Positions 46,001 through 55,312 of a stretch of DNA of 64,000 nucleotides are shown piece by piece. This stretch comes from Thermoplasmatota archaeon (lineage in GTDB: Archaea > Thermoplasmatota > Penumbrarchaeia > Penumbrarchaeales > Penumbrarchaeaceae). The notes beneath the pieces were generated by a model. That model saw only the letters and a list, made by a program, of their open reading frames with translations. It did no database searches and had not been told where the DNA came from. The translations under genes were made by a program, and so were the position numbers. The stretch spans positions 39,420 to 103,419 of the forward strand of contig JARVGK010000007.1 of assembly GCA_029762535.1 (NCBI GenBank), written 5' to 3'. Every line of letters starts with the position of its first letter. The first letter of the stretch is position 1.

Positions 46001-47181
46001 TCAATGGATACTACATATCCTCGCCCATGGTAAACGCCACATGGAGCGAAGGCACATTGTTGTACGCCCTGAGGGAGGAGGGCTACGAGGTCTCATGGCC
46101 CCTTCACGGCAGGGATTGGACCGGACCTATCAAGATACCCGAGGGCAACTGGACGCTCCTTCTGAAATGCCAGGACGAGGCGGGGAACGAAATAGTGTCC
46201 GGCCCGCACTTCTTCAGCGTGGACCTTGCCCCGCCGTCTTTGAACATCAGCTTCTGGCCGGAGATGCCCGATGGCAGGAACGGATGGTATGTCACGATCC
46301 CCTCGATAACGGCCAAAGCGGGCGCTGAGGACGATCTTTTCTACCGGACGCTCCCCGAAGAGGATTGGACCAAATATAAGGAGACGCTCTTCATAGAGGC
46401 CCAGAATACAAGACTTGAGTTCAAGGCCAGGGACAGGGCGGGCAACGAGAACGTAGTTCAGGCCCCCCCCATAAGATACGATCCGGAACCTCCATGGGTC
46501 TCGATAACGAGCCCCTCCTCCGGGGACGTCCTCGGGGGCGGTAGGGTTCTTTTAACTTGGACGGGCGGGGACAACGTTATGAATGGAACTACCTACTGGC
46601 TCAGATCGGACGCCGACGAGTTCGTACCCCTGGGATACGCACTCTCGCACAACCTTTCGGGCCTATCCGACGGAAAGCATCACGTCATCCTGAGAGCCAT
46701 CGACGATGCGGGGAACCATGCGGAATCGTGGGTAATATTCAATGTGGACTCCACGCCCCCTACTGTCTCAGCATACGCCCCTGTGGGGGATGCAGTGGAC
46801 GAGCTCTCGGACATCAGCGTCACCTTCTCCGAGGCCATGGACAGGGATTCCGTCGTCTTCGAGATCGAAGGGGTATCGGGAACCGTGAGATGGAGTCTGA
46901 ACGAAGCCGTGTTCACACCGTCCGATCCCCTGTTGAAAGGAACCACATACAACATAACCGTTCGGGGAAGGGACCTCTACGGGAACGAACTCGCCCCGTT
47001 CTCATGGGAATTCACCACGTTGGAGGAGCCTGAGGTCCCCGTGGAGGATAAGGACACCCCCCTCGGACTGATAGCTGCGGCAGCCATTTCCTCGATCATG
47101 GTCCTGGCCGCTATATCGGCCCTGTTCCTGCTCATCCAGCGAAGAAGGCGCAAGTATGATGAAATGGAATTCTTCGAATGA
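43060..47181 (+). CDS. giant surface protein: C25 (gingipain-like) cysteine peptidase domain, tandem Ig-like modules and a C-terminal TM anchor
   Basis: C25-like YLIITHEDL..FAEWK..DYLLIVGDYDKVP. His/Cys dyad candidates are FSHGTP and MACSTGWF. Five modules share the (P)DG.NG(Y/W)(Y/F) motif and two further Ig-like modules follow. An alternative start MTLKVLAISF lies at 43177. Confidence 0.8.
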   Translation: MQISEKVMEICSSKLTRSRTVKGRMESMTHRTETRHVTAMTLKVLAISFVMLCPMFTHGSAGIDPRPSSRIEIELEHYISHTMIEGTAHREILLMEGGISRAEGGYRIPFYSRMLSVPGTIFDIDVRFEDPSTFDIPAAPWTTPSIIGQRSEIDPEWDPNSHLKNVQSYELIDLGRRSPNGDRLYSLRLYPLRFQGDGSSILHSKVLISIDHAPLNPGAFNAERKPFGPIEYLIITHEDLEDELIPFAEWKSQKGLFTRILTTEHIGSAYEGADLAMKMRNCVMDMEQRYDLDYLLIVGDYDKVPTRYTYNDYAYTAYGEPGYYATDGYFACVDAGTTWNKDNDANYAEPGEIDDPVPDMAVARLAINSPSVLRSVLSDLIQRDKELPYSSHNNVPIYMVGNPNPNPGDPVDVMDHFWDTYGEDVFDDRETMHYDGTGTMSFSKSSVKMVMDDRHQFMGYFSHGTPTGIPNLYDRSDVSDLSGNGHAGVFFAMACSTGWFDKPGTGANYFTGDCLAEALTETPGKGVAGYIGSSRLAVGHIDTAYSGDAPGLMEDYWRGVGEAMNGNLNSTSGDIYRYAITRFASNFHPFPGGASDGSLRTYLEYNLLGEPDAPLIIKEPEQLSLTFDLSPDLTYVKARVKDSGGSPVEGVTVTISRLGELGISALTDIQGDVNISIPPSNGGNISITAYRRGDLPSTSYFELPDELPPIAILEISPEAPDGLNGYYKTTPDLFIGADEEVEVEYILDGQGSVFCPGNEAIPLHDGEHELAYRVKDLAGHRSDWDTISVKIDTTPPELRIDTDPHLPDGQDGWFKTTPALSLNANEEIFDVGLSIDDGFWTGYTQDIYLDDGVTKVAIQARDVAGNWNTTSRILKIDSTAPVSSLFVSHSPDGLNGYYVTAPMIELRAHDPNSPQLEYRWDGGEWNVYQDPFEAPEGIHALGYRARDAPGNVEEWRTEEFKVDTVGPSIGIDIDPEDTNGLNGYYISSPMVNATWSEGTLLYALREEGYEVSWPLHGRDWTGPIKIPEGNWTLLLKCQDEAGNEIVSGPHFFSVDLAPPSLNISFWPEMPDGRNGWYVTIPSITAKAGAEDDLFYRTLPEEDWTKYKETLFIEAQNTRLEFKARDRAGNENVVQAPPIRYDPEPPWVSITSPSSGDVLGGGRVLLTWTGGDNVMNGTTYWLRSDADEFVPLGYALSHNLSGLSDGKHHVILRAIDDAGNHAESWVIFNVDSTPPTVSAYAPVGDAVDELSDISVTFSEAMDRDSVVFEIEGVSGTVRWSLNEAVFTPSDPLLKGTTYNITVRGRDLYGNELAPFSWEFTTLEEPEVPVEDKDTPLGLIAAAAISSIMVLAAISALFLLIQRRRRKYDEMEFFE

Positions 47182-47182
47182 A

Positions 47183-48265
47183 TCAGATCCACTTCCTCTT
47201 CCTGAAGTATATCAGCATCACCAGAGGGATCGCCGCCATGAGCGTCAGGGCCAACGGGTATCCGAAATACCATCTCAGTTCCGGCATGTTGAACGGTGAA
47301 TAGTCCGGGTCGAAGTTCATTCCGTATATTCCGGCTATGAACGTGAGGGGGATGAATATCGTCGCTATTATGGTCAGGACCTTCATGACCTCGTTCATTC
47401 GGTTGCTGACGCTCGAGAGGTATATGTCGAGCATGCTCGATGTTATATCCCGATGGCTCTCGATGGAGTCTATGACCTGTATCGTATGATCGTATAGGTC
47501 ACGGAAATAGAGTTTTGTCTCATCCTTCACCATTCCTGAGGATTCCCTGTACAGAGATGACACCGACTCCCTCAGTGGCCAGGTCGACCTGCGCATCGTG
47601 ATCAGCTGCCTCTTGAGCTCGTGTATGGCCTGCACGGTGCCCCTCTCCGGCCTCTCGATCACTTCGTCCTCGATGGACTCCACCTTCTCGCCCAAGTTCT
47701 CGATTACCAGGAAGTAGCTGTCAACGATCGAATCCATCAGGCAGTATGCCAGATAGTCCGATCCCAAGCTCCGGACCCGCCCCTTCCCCGTCCGGATCCT
47801 GTCCCTTATCGGATCGAAAACGTCCCCTCTTCTCTCCTGGAAGGACAGGATGTAGCCTTCCCCCAGTATTATCGAGACCTGCTCGGATTCCACCTCCCCG
47901 CCATCCTTGGACGGGTATATCATCCTCAGGACGATGAAGATGTGGCTCTCATGATGCTCTGTCTTGGGCCTCTGCGAGGTGTTGAGCACGTCCTCTATGA
48001 CCAGAGGGTGTATCCCGAACTCCCTTCCTATTCGCTCAAGAAGGGACGTGTCGTTGAGCCCGTCGATGTTTATCCATCGAACGCCATCGGCCTTGGCTTC
48101 CCTGGCGCATTCTCCAATATCGGCCATCTTCCTCTCGGAATACCCTTCGGGGCCGTATTCGAAAAGGGTGATCACCGGTCTGTCCGACCTGCTCCTGCCC
48201 GTATATACGAGGGATCCAGGGGGCATCCCTATCTTATGTTTGGTCCGGGCCTTTTCCATCCTCAT
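47183..48265 (-). CDS. corA: CorA-family magnesium/cobalt transporter
   Basis: YGMNF signature between two C-terminal TMs. Start set at an ATG downstream of the pheS stop. Confidence 0.85.
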   Translation of the reverse strand: MRMEKARTKHKIGMPPGSLVYTGRSRSDRPVITLFEYGPEGYSERKMADIGECAREAKADGVRWINIDGLNDTSLLERIGREFGIHPLVIEDVLNTSQRPKTEHHESHIFIVLRMIYPSKDGGEVESEQVSIILGEGYILSFQERRGDVFDPIRDRIRTGKGRVRSLGSDYLAYCLMDSIVDSYFLVIENLGEKVESIEDEVIERPERGTVQAIHELKRQLITMRRSTWPLRESVSSLYRESSGMVKDETKLYFRDLYDHTIQVIDSIESHRDITSSMLDIYLSSVSNRMNEVMKVLTIIATIFIPLTFIAGIYGMNFDPDYSPFNMPELRWYFGYPLALTLMAAIPLVMLIYFRKRKWI

Positions 48266-48315
48266 TCGTCCACCCCATTCACCAATGGGAATGTTCCTAT
48301 ATAAATCAGGACCGT

Positions 48316-49872
48316 TCAGCGGACGGCAACGCTCCTCAGCCAATCCACATCGGAGAGGTACAGGTCCCTTATGTCGGATATCCCGAGGACCATCATGGCG
48401 AGCCTTTCAAGACCCAGGCCCCATGCCAGGACAGGTTGTTCGACCCCCGTGGGAAGGGTGACCTCCGGTCTGAATATTCCTGAACCCCCAAGCTCCATCC
48501 ACCTGCCCTCGTAGAACACATCGACCTCCATGGAGGGCTCCGTGTACGGAAAATACCCGGGCCTCATCCGTATCCGCTCGAAACCCATCCTCCTGTAGAA
48601 TTCCTTCAAGAGGCCCACAAGCATGTCAAAGGACGCGCCCTTCTCGACCAGAACACCCTCTATCTGATAGAACTCGGGCAGGTGATGAGCGTCAATGGAC
48701 TCGTTCCTGAACACCTTCTCAATGGAGAACACCTTCAAAGGTGGTTCGGGGTGGTCGTACAGGTACCTGATGGTGCTGACCGTGGTGTGTGTCCTCAGGA
48801 TCGGCTTCATGGCCTTATCCTCCGACCATGCGTACCCCCAACCTTTTGACCCGGTCCCACCACCTCTCTCATGGACCTCTCGGAAAGTACCGATAGGATC
48901 CATCTCCTTGCTGTTGAACTCCATGGGAGCGAGAGGTCTTCCCAGCTCCAGGTAGAACGTGTCCTGCATCTCCCTTGCGGGATGGTCCTGAGGGATGAAG
49001 AGAGCGTCCATGTTCCACAGTTCAAGCTCGGCGTAGTTGCCGGTGATCTCGGTGAATCCCATGTCCAGGAATATCCTTCTGACCCTCTCGATTATTCTCG
49101 TAAGCGGATGCGGCCTTCCCCCGGATGGTATGGGGGCCAACGCGTTCACGTCGTAGCGCCTGAAATCCACCTTGGACCATCTTCCGTCCTTGAGCAATTC
49201 CGGAGTGAGCTGGGTCACCTCCCTTTTGAGCTCTATCCCCATCGAGGCCACCTCTTTGCCCAGGTCCGTGAGCTCCAGCCTCCTCTCGACGATCTCCCTC
49301 TCGGTTATGACGTCCTTACGCCCCTTGAGGTCCTTCAGCACCGCCGGATCGATCTCCGATCCCTCTATCTCCGAACGCGATAGGGCCTCGATCAATCTTT
49401 CGTCCTCACCCTTGACGCCTATCGCCTTCTTTCCGGCCTCCGTGATGACAAGGTATGTCTCCTCCCCCTCCTTCCTGACCTTGGCCCACCGCTTACGGTT
49501 CAGCCATCCTATGGCGATGTTGAGTTCAGCCCGGTTGACCTTTCCACTGGACACGATCTCGGATAGGCTCGCCACGCCCTCGGACCTTCCGAGTATCTCG
49601 AGCACCCGCCTCTCGGGCAGCCCCTGAACGGCATACGATCTGTGCCCCAGGGCTATCATCCTCCTGACGCTCTCGTGGATCAGGAGAAGGCCCTTCGACC
49701 GCAGCCAGGAGGCGGCGTTCATGATCTCCACCTCCTTCGAGAAGCCGCCCTTCCTCATGGCCTTGTCCAGTCTGAGAGATATCTCATCGGATAGGGCCAT
49801 CACCAGCTTTTTCTCGTTGAGGCTGAGCTCGTCCCCTATGTCCTTTTTCTCCTTGCGGGTCAAATAACTCAC
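48316..49872 (-). CDS. pheS: phenylalanine--tRNA ligase alpha subunit (archaeal/eukaryal type)
   Basis: Class II core motifs FIPQDHPAREMQDTFY, LRTHTT and GSGIFRPEV..GLGLERL. Long N-terminal wHTH region typical of archaeal PheS. Confidence 0.9.
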   Translation of the reverse strand: MSYLTRKEKKDIGDELSLNEKKLVMALSDEISLRLDKAMRKGGFSKEVEIMNAASWLRSKGLLLIHESVRRMIALGHRSYAVQGLPERRVLEILGRSEGVASLSEIVSSGKVNRAELNIAIGWLNRKRWAKVRKEGEETYLVITEAGKKAIGVKGEDERLIEALSRSEIEGSEIDPAVLKDLKGRKDVITEREIVERRLELTDLGKEVASMGIELKREVTQLTPELLKDGRWSKVDFRRYDVNALAPIPSGGRPHPLTRIIERVRRIFLDMGFTEITGNYAELELWNMDALFIPQDHPAREMQDTFYLELGRPLAPMEFNSKEMDPIGTFREVHERGGGTGSKGWGYAWSEDKAMKPILRTHTTVSTIRYLYDHPEPPLKVFSIEKVFRNESIDAHHLPEFYQIEGVLVEKGASFDMLVGLLKEFYRRMGFERIRMRPGYFPYTEPSMEVDVFYEGRWMELGGSGIFRPEVTLPTGVEQPVLAWGLGLERLAMMVLGISDIRDLYLSDVDWLRSVAVR

Positions 49873-49909
49873 CGATCTCGTTACCGGAGGATTGCCGGAT
49901 GATTTTAAT

Positions 49910-50476
49910 TTAACCCCCGAGGATCAGCTCGAGGTACGACCTTCGCTCGAAGGTCGAATACCCTAAAGACCCCATCAAAGTAATGACCTTACCCTCCGCC
50001 TCTTCAAGGGTCTCCGACATGATCTCACCCTCGAGGAACACACCCAGACCCTCGACCGAGTCCACACAAAGTACCACACCGTCCATCTCGAGTATATGTC
50101 TGGTCTTATTTATGGTCCTGAGCGAGTCAAATCCCATGGAACCGAACAAATCCACCGCCTGGGCAAGGGAGCATCCTTGAGAGAAGGATAGCTCGATCTC
50201 TTTTCTGGATTTGGACCTGCCGGATAGCTTTGGCCCTTTGTATGTCAGCTTCAGGCTCTCCGATCCGTCCTTGACCTCGGACCGGATCCTCAGAGATTCG
50301 TCCGTACTTGCCAGATCACGGCAGGGATGAACGAGATAGATATCGCTCTGAACGACACTTCCCTTCGGATCGGCCCCCAGGGTGATGAGGCGCCTCATCA
50401 GTGTCGAGCAGATCGCCTCCATCCTAACCGGGTCCTTCGTCATCTCCACGGGGGATTTCATCTCGACCTCGATCAT
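49910..50476 (-). CDS. CYTH-domain protein (class IV adenylate cyclase/triphosphatase-like)
   Basis: N-terminal EVEMK (ExExK) motif. Length and beta pattern are typical of CyaB/CYTH. Confidence 0.75.
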   Translation of the reverse strand: MIEVEMKSPVEMTKDPVRMEAICSTLMRRLITLGADPKGSVVQSDIYLVHPCRDLASTDESLRIRSEVKDGSESLKLTYKGPKLSGRSKSRKEIELSFSQGCSLAQAVDLFGSMGFDSLRTINKTRHILEMDGVVLCVDSVEGLGVFLEGEIMSETLEEAEGKVITLMGSLGYSTFERRSYLELILGG

Positions 50477-50563
50477 AAGAGTTCATCTCCACACATTGGG
50501 GACGGATGATATCCCAGAACCATTATATTGATTTCCGACCCTACACCCCGGAAGGTGCAAACG

Positions 50564-51985
50564 ATGGCCACATCAAAAGCGCGAAAGGACGATCTCTCCT
50601 ACAGGAGGAGACCGGTCATGGAGACCGCTTCGGCGGATGAGAAAAGGTCCATAGAGGAGATCTGCCGCGAATACATGGCATTCATAAGCAGGGCAAAGAC
50701 CGAGAGGATGGTCGTGGACGAGATCGTCGCGCTGCTCGGATCGAACGGTTTCAAGAACATCGATACTGTCAAGAAATGGAGGGCCGGAACAAAGCTTTAC
50801 ATGACCAACAGGGGCAAGAACGTTGTCGCCGCCGTTCTGGGAAAGAGGCATCCGGTCGAGGGCGCTAACCTTGTAGCGGCCCATGGCGACGCCCCGAGGC
50901 TCGACCTCAAGCAGAAACCGCTCTACGAGGACGGTGAGACAAGGCTCGCGCTGTTCAAGACCCACTATTACGGAGGGATCAAGAAATATCAATGGGTCAA
51001 CATACCCCTCTCCCTGCACGGAAAGGTCGTCCTCTCCGATGGAAGGGAGATCGATCTTCACATAGGCGAGGACCCATCGGACCCGGTATTCACCATATGT
51101 GATCTCCTGCCCCATCTATATCGAAAGAAACAGGCGGAAAGAAAGCTTTCCGAGGGCATTACTGGCGAGGAGCTCAACGTCCTCCTCGCGTCCATGCCCG
51201 CCGATGAGAAGGATCCGAAGAAGAAGGTCAAGACATGGGTCCTGGAGCACCTGAACAAGGAGTATGGTATGATAGAGGAGGATTTCGTATCCTCGGAACT
51301 GGAGATAGTTCCGGCAGGGCCTGCAAGGGAGATCGGTCTTGACCGCTCCATGATCGGGGCTTACGGACAGGACGACAGGATATGCGCCTATACGTGCATG
51401 AGGGCGCTTCTGGAGGTAAAGGGGAACGAGCGAACGGCCATCGGATTCGTTATGGACAAGGAGGAGATAGGCTCCGACGGGCCCACTTCGATCAAGAGCC
51501 GCTTCCTCGAGGATTTTTACTCGCGCCTCATGGACCTCAGGGACCCGGACCATCCGGACAGCGCACTTCGCCGGTCGCTGTCCAACACATTGGCCATATC
51601 CTCCGATGTGAACGGTGCGGTGAACCCTTCTTTCAAGGACGTGCACGAGCTGCAGAACGCGGCGAGGATGGGTTACGGCATATGCGTGACCAAATACACC
51701 GGTTCGGGCGGCAAGGTCGCCTCGAACGACGCATCCGCCGAATTCATGGGCGTCATAAGGAGGATACTCAACAACGGAAAGGTGCCATGGCAGGTAGGAG
51801 AACTGGGCAAGGTGGATGAGGGCGGTGGCGGGACAGTGGCCAAGTTCCTCGCCGAGCACAACATGGACGTCGTGGATGCAGGGCCAGCACTAATATCGAT
51901 GCATTCACCCATGGAGATATCCTCCAAAGGAGACGTATGGGCCACTTACAGGGCCTATAAGGAGTTCTTCGGATACTGTCCGTAG
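50564..51985 (+). CDS. M18-family aminopeptidase
   Basis: AAHGDAPRLDLK, GAYGQDDRIC, EEIGSDG and SMHSPMEI match the M18 metal-ligand regions. ATG 50564 lies within ORF 50528. Confidence 0.8.
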   Translation: MATSKARKDDLSYRRRPVMETASADEKRSIEEICREYMAFISRAKTERMVVDEIVALLGSNGFKNIDTVKKWRAGTKLYMTNRGKNVVAAVLGKRHPVEGANLVAAHGDAPRLDLKQKPLYEDGETRLALFKTHYYGGIKKYQWVNIPLSLHGKVVLSDGREIDLHIGEDPSDPVFTICDLLPHLYRKKQAERKLSEGITGEELNVLLASMPADEKDPKKKVKTWVLEHLNKEYGMIEEDFVSSELEIVPAGPAREIGLDRSMIGAYGQDDRICAYTCMRALLEVKGNERTAIGFVMDKEEIGSDGPTSIKSRFLEDFYSRLMDLRDPDHPDSALRRSLSNTLAISSDVNGAVNPSFKDVHELQNAARMGYGICVTKYTGSGGKVASNDASAEFMGVIRRILNNGKVPWQVGELGKVDEGGGGTVAKFLAEHNMDVVDAGPALISMHSPMEISSKGDVWATYRAYKEFFGYCP

Positions 51986-51990
51986 ATCTT

Positions 51991-52161
51991 TCAGAGGGAG
52001 AGGGCATTCACCGGGCACACGCCGATGCAGGCACCGCAGTCCACGCAGAGTTCTGCGTCAACCTTCGCCTTGTCGCCTTCCATCGAGAGCGCCTGTACCG
52101 GGCAGGTCGCCACGCATGCTCCGCATCCTATGCACGTATCCGTATCCACTTTGACTGCCAT
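51991..52161 (-). CDS. 2x[4Fe-4S] ferredoxin
   Basis: Two CxxCxxCxxxCP motifs (CIGCGACVATCP and CVDCGACIGVCP). Confidence 0.8.
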   Translation of the reverse strand: MAVKVDTDTCIGCGACVATCPVQALSMEGDKAKVDAELCVDCGACIGVCPVNALSL

Positions 52162-52246
52162 GAGTTCATTCCTCCATGATATCATCCCCCACCTGGGCGA
52201 TGGGCGACATCTACAAGTAAAGGAAGAATGTATTTAACGATTGTTG

Positions 52247-53341
52247 ATGACGACTGACGGAGCAGGTGCTTCAGGCCCTGGCGGGGATCCCATACATATC
52301 GATCCAGATAATTGGCTTCCCAGGGACCTGGCCGGGAGATGCGCTCGCTGCGGGACCGGGCCGGAATTGGAGGGATTTTTCAGATCCGTTGTCTTCCCTG
52401 AACTGGATATGGGATATTGGATATCCGAAATGATCAGAGGTATCGGACCTGGAGAGGTCACAACCTTCGGAGCCATCGCCAGGGGTCTGGGGGATCCCGC
52501 CGCCGCAAGGGCGGTCGGGGCCCTGATATCGGAAGGTGTGATCGAAGGCCCCGTTCACAGGGTGATCTTCTCCGACGGGAGGGTCCCAAGAGGCTCCATG
52601 GACCCGTTGTCGTCCGAGATCGGGGATCCGGTCCTGATCAAGCTCGAACGGCCTGTCGAATTCGAGCTGTCCCGCCCGCCTCTGATCGTCCTTTCCGACA
52701 TACAGAAGGCGCTTGCAATAAGGGCGGAAAGGGGCACACGGAACGTGAACAGCGTTTGCGGCCTCGACGTCTCTTACGGATCGATCAATGTATGCGCCCT
52801 CTCCAAGTTCACCCTTTCCGGGAAGCATGAAGGGGATATGACGACGGAGGTGGAACCCGGGCTCCCATACATTCCAGGGTATCTGTTCTACCGTGAGGGG
52901 CCCTGCATGATAGAAGCCGTCTCCAAGGCCAGAGAGGAGGGAATGATCGATGGGGAGACCCTTCTAATGATCGATGGGAATGGGATGCTGCATCCGAGGA
53001 GAATGGGTATCGCACGCCAGCTTGGCATGGTCCTGGACCTTCCGACATGCGGGGCTTCGAAGAGGCTGATGATGGGCAGGGTCGGGGAGTATCGAAATGC
53101 CATAAAAGGGATATCGATAGCGAAAGTGACGGATGACGAAGAGGTTATCGGAGCATCCATCAAAGCGGGGGAAAAAAAAGCGTTCTACCTATCTGCAGGG
53201 CATCTTACGGACCTTCGAACCTGCATACCCCTGGTATCGAGGATGTTGTCGGGGCGTCATCCGGCACCGGTCAAGAGAGCTCATGACCTTGCCAACGAGA
53301 CGCGTAAGCGTTCTCTTAAAAACCCCATCGGGCTATCTTAA
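52247..53341 (+). CDS. nfi: alkyltransferase-like (AGT DNA-binding domain, Cys-less) fused to endonuclease V
   Basis: N-terminal half: TTFGAIARGLGDPAAARAVG...GPVHRV, the AGT HTH with PCHRV changed to PVHRV. C-terminal half carries the EndoV motifs GLDVSY, YIPGYLFYREGP and IDGNGMLHPRRMGIA. Confidence 0.8.
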   Translation: MTTDGAGASGPGGDPIHIDPDNWLPRDLAGRCARCGTGPELEGFFRSVVFPELDMGYWISEMIRGIGPGEVTTFGAIARGLGDPAAARAVGALISEGVIEGPVHRVIFSDGRVPRGSMDPLSSEIGDPVLIKLERPVEFELSRPPLIVLSDIQKALAIRAERGTRNVNSVCGLDVSYGSINVCALSKFTLSGKHEGDMTTEVEPGLPYIPGYLFYREGPCMIEAVSKAREEGMIDGETLLMIDGNGMLHPRRMGIARQLGMVLDLPTCGASKRLMMGRVGEYRNAIKGISIAKVTDDEEVIGASIKAGEKKAFYLSAGHLTDLRTCIPLVSRMLSGRHPAPVKRAHDLANETRKRSLKNPIGLS

Positions 53342-53858
53342 GGTCCTTCCTCTTCCTCTCCAGAAAGCTGTATACCGATGAATGCTCAGAACCCTGAAGG
53401 ATCATGGTGATCGCTTTCTTGGCGACCCTGAGGCCTTCTAAGTCGCCGATTATGGCAACGGTGTTCCCCTTTATCGAGAGGAAGCAGTCCGTCAGCTCCT
53501 CCACGAGGGTCCGCGTCTTTCCGCCGCTGCCGATGAGCCGGGCCCTGACCTGCATGACCCTCCTGGGGGATTTTCCCGAGAACTCCCTGATGTCGATCTC
53601 CTCGTAGTAAAGATCGTCATCGAGCAGGCTCTGGGCCTTCTCCGGGGAGAACCCGCGCCCGATAGCTCGGATGACATCCCTCATTCTGAAGGCCTTGTAG
53701 GTGTCCGCCGTCTCTTCATCGTACAGGGTTGCCTCCCCGTTCTCAGAATCGACCTCGATCCTTGTCCCGCAGATATCCTGCAGTTGACGCAGCGTCTCCC
53801 CGTCTTTGCCTATCAAGACGCCTATCCTGTCCTGGGGAACCTTCAACTTGAACGGCAT
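53316..53858 (-). CDS. archaeal KH-domain RNA-binding protein (Dim2/Pno1-like)
   Basis: Two KH modules (RIGVLIGKDGETLRQL and LIGSGGKTRTLVE). Start at MPFKLKVP. Confidence 0.75.
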   Translation of the reverse strand: MPFKLKVPQDRIGVLIGKDGETLRQLQDICGTRIEVDSENGEATLYDEETADTYKAFRMRDVIRAIGRGFSPEKAQSLLDDDLYYEEIDIREFSGKSPRRVMQVRARLIGSGGKTRTLVEELTDCFLSIKGNTVAIIGDLEGLRVAKKAITMILQGSEHSSVYSFLERKRKDLKIARWGF

Positions 53859-54081
53859 CGGCCATACCTGGACTGCGATTCTGCTGATGATATAAAAGGA
53901 TGCCCCCATCCCATGCTGGATGCTCATTTCCTTTCCGGGACTCGAACGGGAAAAAGGTTTTATAAACCATGTAGGATATTAATCCGCTGCAGGAGCATTG
54001 GGTGCCTGATGGGCTGCGGTCTTTCCTGACAGCGGCGATCGTGGCCGTTCGATCGGGCAGTATCGCAATAGAGGATCGGAC

Positions 54082-55269
54082 ATGGAAGGACTTGAGAAGA
54101 AGGACGCCGGGAGCGATGACGCCCTATGGCAGGTGGAGATGGCCAAACAGCGCGGGCTGCAGACCACGAAGGGCGTCAACTTCCTCAACCTGTCCAAAGA
54201 AGCTAGGACCTACGGTAACGATAAACTTGCCCTGAGCATGCTATCTAGGGCGAGGGATATCCTGTTCAACGATTATCTCTCATCGATCATGCAGGAGGTC
54301 GAGGGGCATAGCGAGACCGTGAAGATGAACCGACTCGAGGAGGCGATAAAACGTTCGAAGACCGCTTTCTCTTCGGGAAGGACGCGGGAGGCGTACCAGA
54401 TCATCCTGGACTCGATGAAGGATGAGGAAAAGACCGCCGAGTCCGCCCAGAAGGAGGCTTTCGAGGATCCCGATCTCTATTCCGAAGCCCTTGGCGACCT
54501 TCAGAAGGTCTGGCTGAAGATGAAGCACGAGGAGGGTAAGGGCAAGGACATCTCCAAGGCCAACAAAATGATGAAGCAGGCGAAAACACTCCTCTCCAAG
54601 CGAAACTACGGCAGGGTCATCGAGATATGCGATGAGATCACCAGGGAGATACAGACCCCGCAGGAAAGATTGACGGAGGAGGCCGATCAGAACATAGACG
54701 ACATCACCAAGACCCTCAAGGCCCTGTTCCCCAACGATCCCCGTTCTCCCAAGGAGCGTTTCTTCAAGAGGCAGATCGAGGAGCTCATTGCACAGGCCCG
54801 CTCCAGCCTCAAAGCGGGTTCTGTCATAGACGGGATCAACTACTCGAAGAAGGCAAGGGAGATACTGACGCGGCTCGAGCAGGAGACAATAAAAGGAGAG
54901 ATCCCCCGTCAGATAATAGAATTGAGGGCGTCCCTGGACGAGCTGAGAAGGTTCAACATCGACGTATCGTACGAGGACTTCCTCCTCAAACAGGTCGAGG
55001 AGACCTTCTGGAACGGGCATTTCATCGAATCGAGAAAGACCGCGAACAAACTATTGAACATCCTGAACAACGCGAGGATCAACTACAGGATGAACGAGCT
55101 CAATACCAAATACAGGTCGCTCAACGACAGGTTGAAGGAGATGGTCGGACGGGAAGGCTATCTCGAGGCGAAGGAATACCTCGAAAAGGCAAGGTCCCTG
55201 ATGGACCAGAAGGCATTCGACATGGCCGTTTCGTTCCTCGACAAGGCCCACCACGTTCTCGAGCCTTGA
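54082..55269 (+). CDS. hypothetical alpha-helical/coiled-coil protein
   Basis: 395 aa, highly charged (Lys/Glu-rich) and predicted helical. No motif recognised. Confidence 0.55.
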   Translation: MEGLEKKDAGSDDALWQVEMAKQRGLQTTKGVNFLNLSKEARTYGNDKLALSMLSRARDILFNDYLSSIMQEVEGHSETVKMNRLEEAIKRSKTAFSSGRTREAYQIILDSMKDEEKTAESAQKEAFEDPDLYSEALGDLQKVWLKMKHEEGKGKDISKANKMMKQAKTLLSKRNYGRVIEICDEITREIQTPQERLTEEADQNIDDITKTLKALFPNDPRSPKERFFKRQIEELIAQARSSLKAGSVIDGINYSKKAREILTRLEQETIKGEIPRQIIELRASLDELRRFNIDVSYEDFLLKQVEETFWNGHFIESRKTANKLLNILNNARINYRMNELNTKYRSLNDRLKEMVGREGYLEAKEYLEKARSLMDQKAFDMAVSFLDKAHHVLEP

Positions 55270-55312
55270 GCCCGGGATAAGATAGTAATAGGGATTCGTT
55301 TCTCACGCTGCC

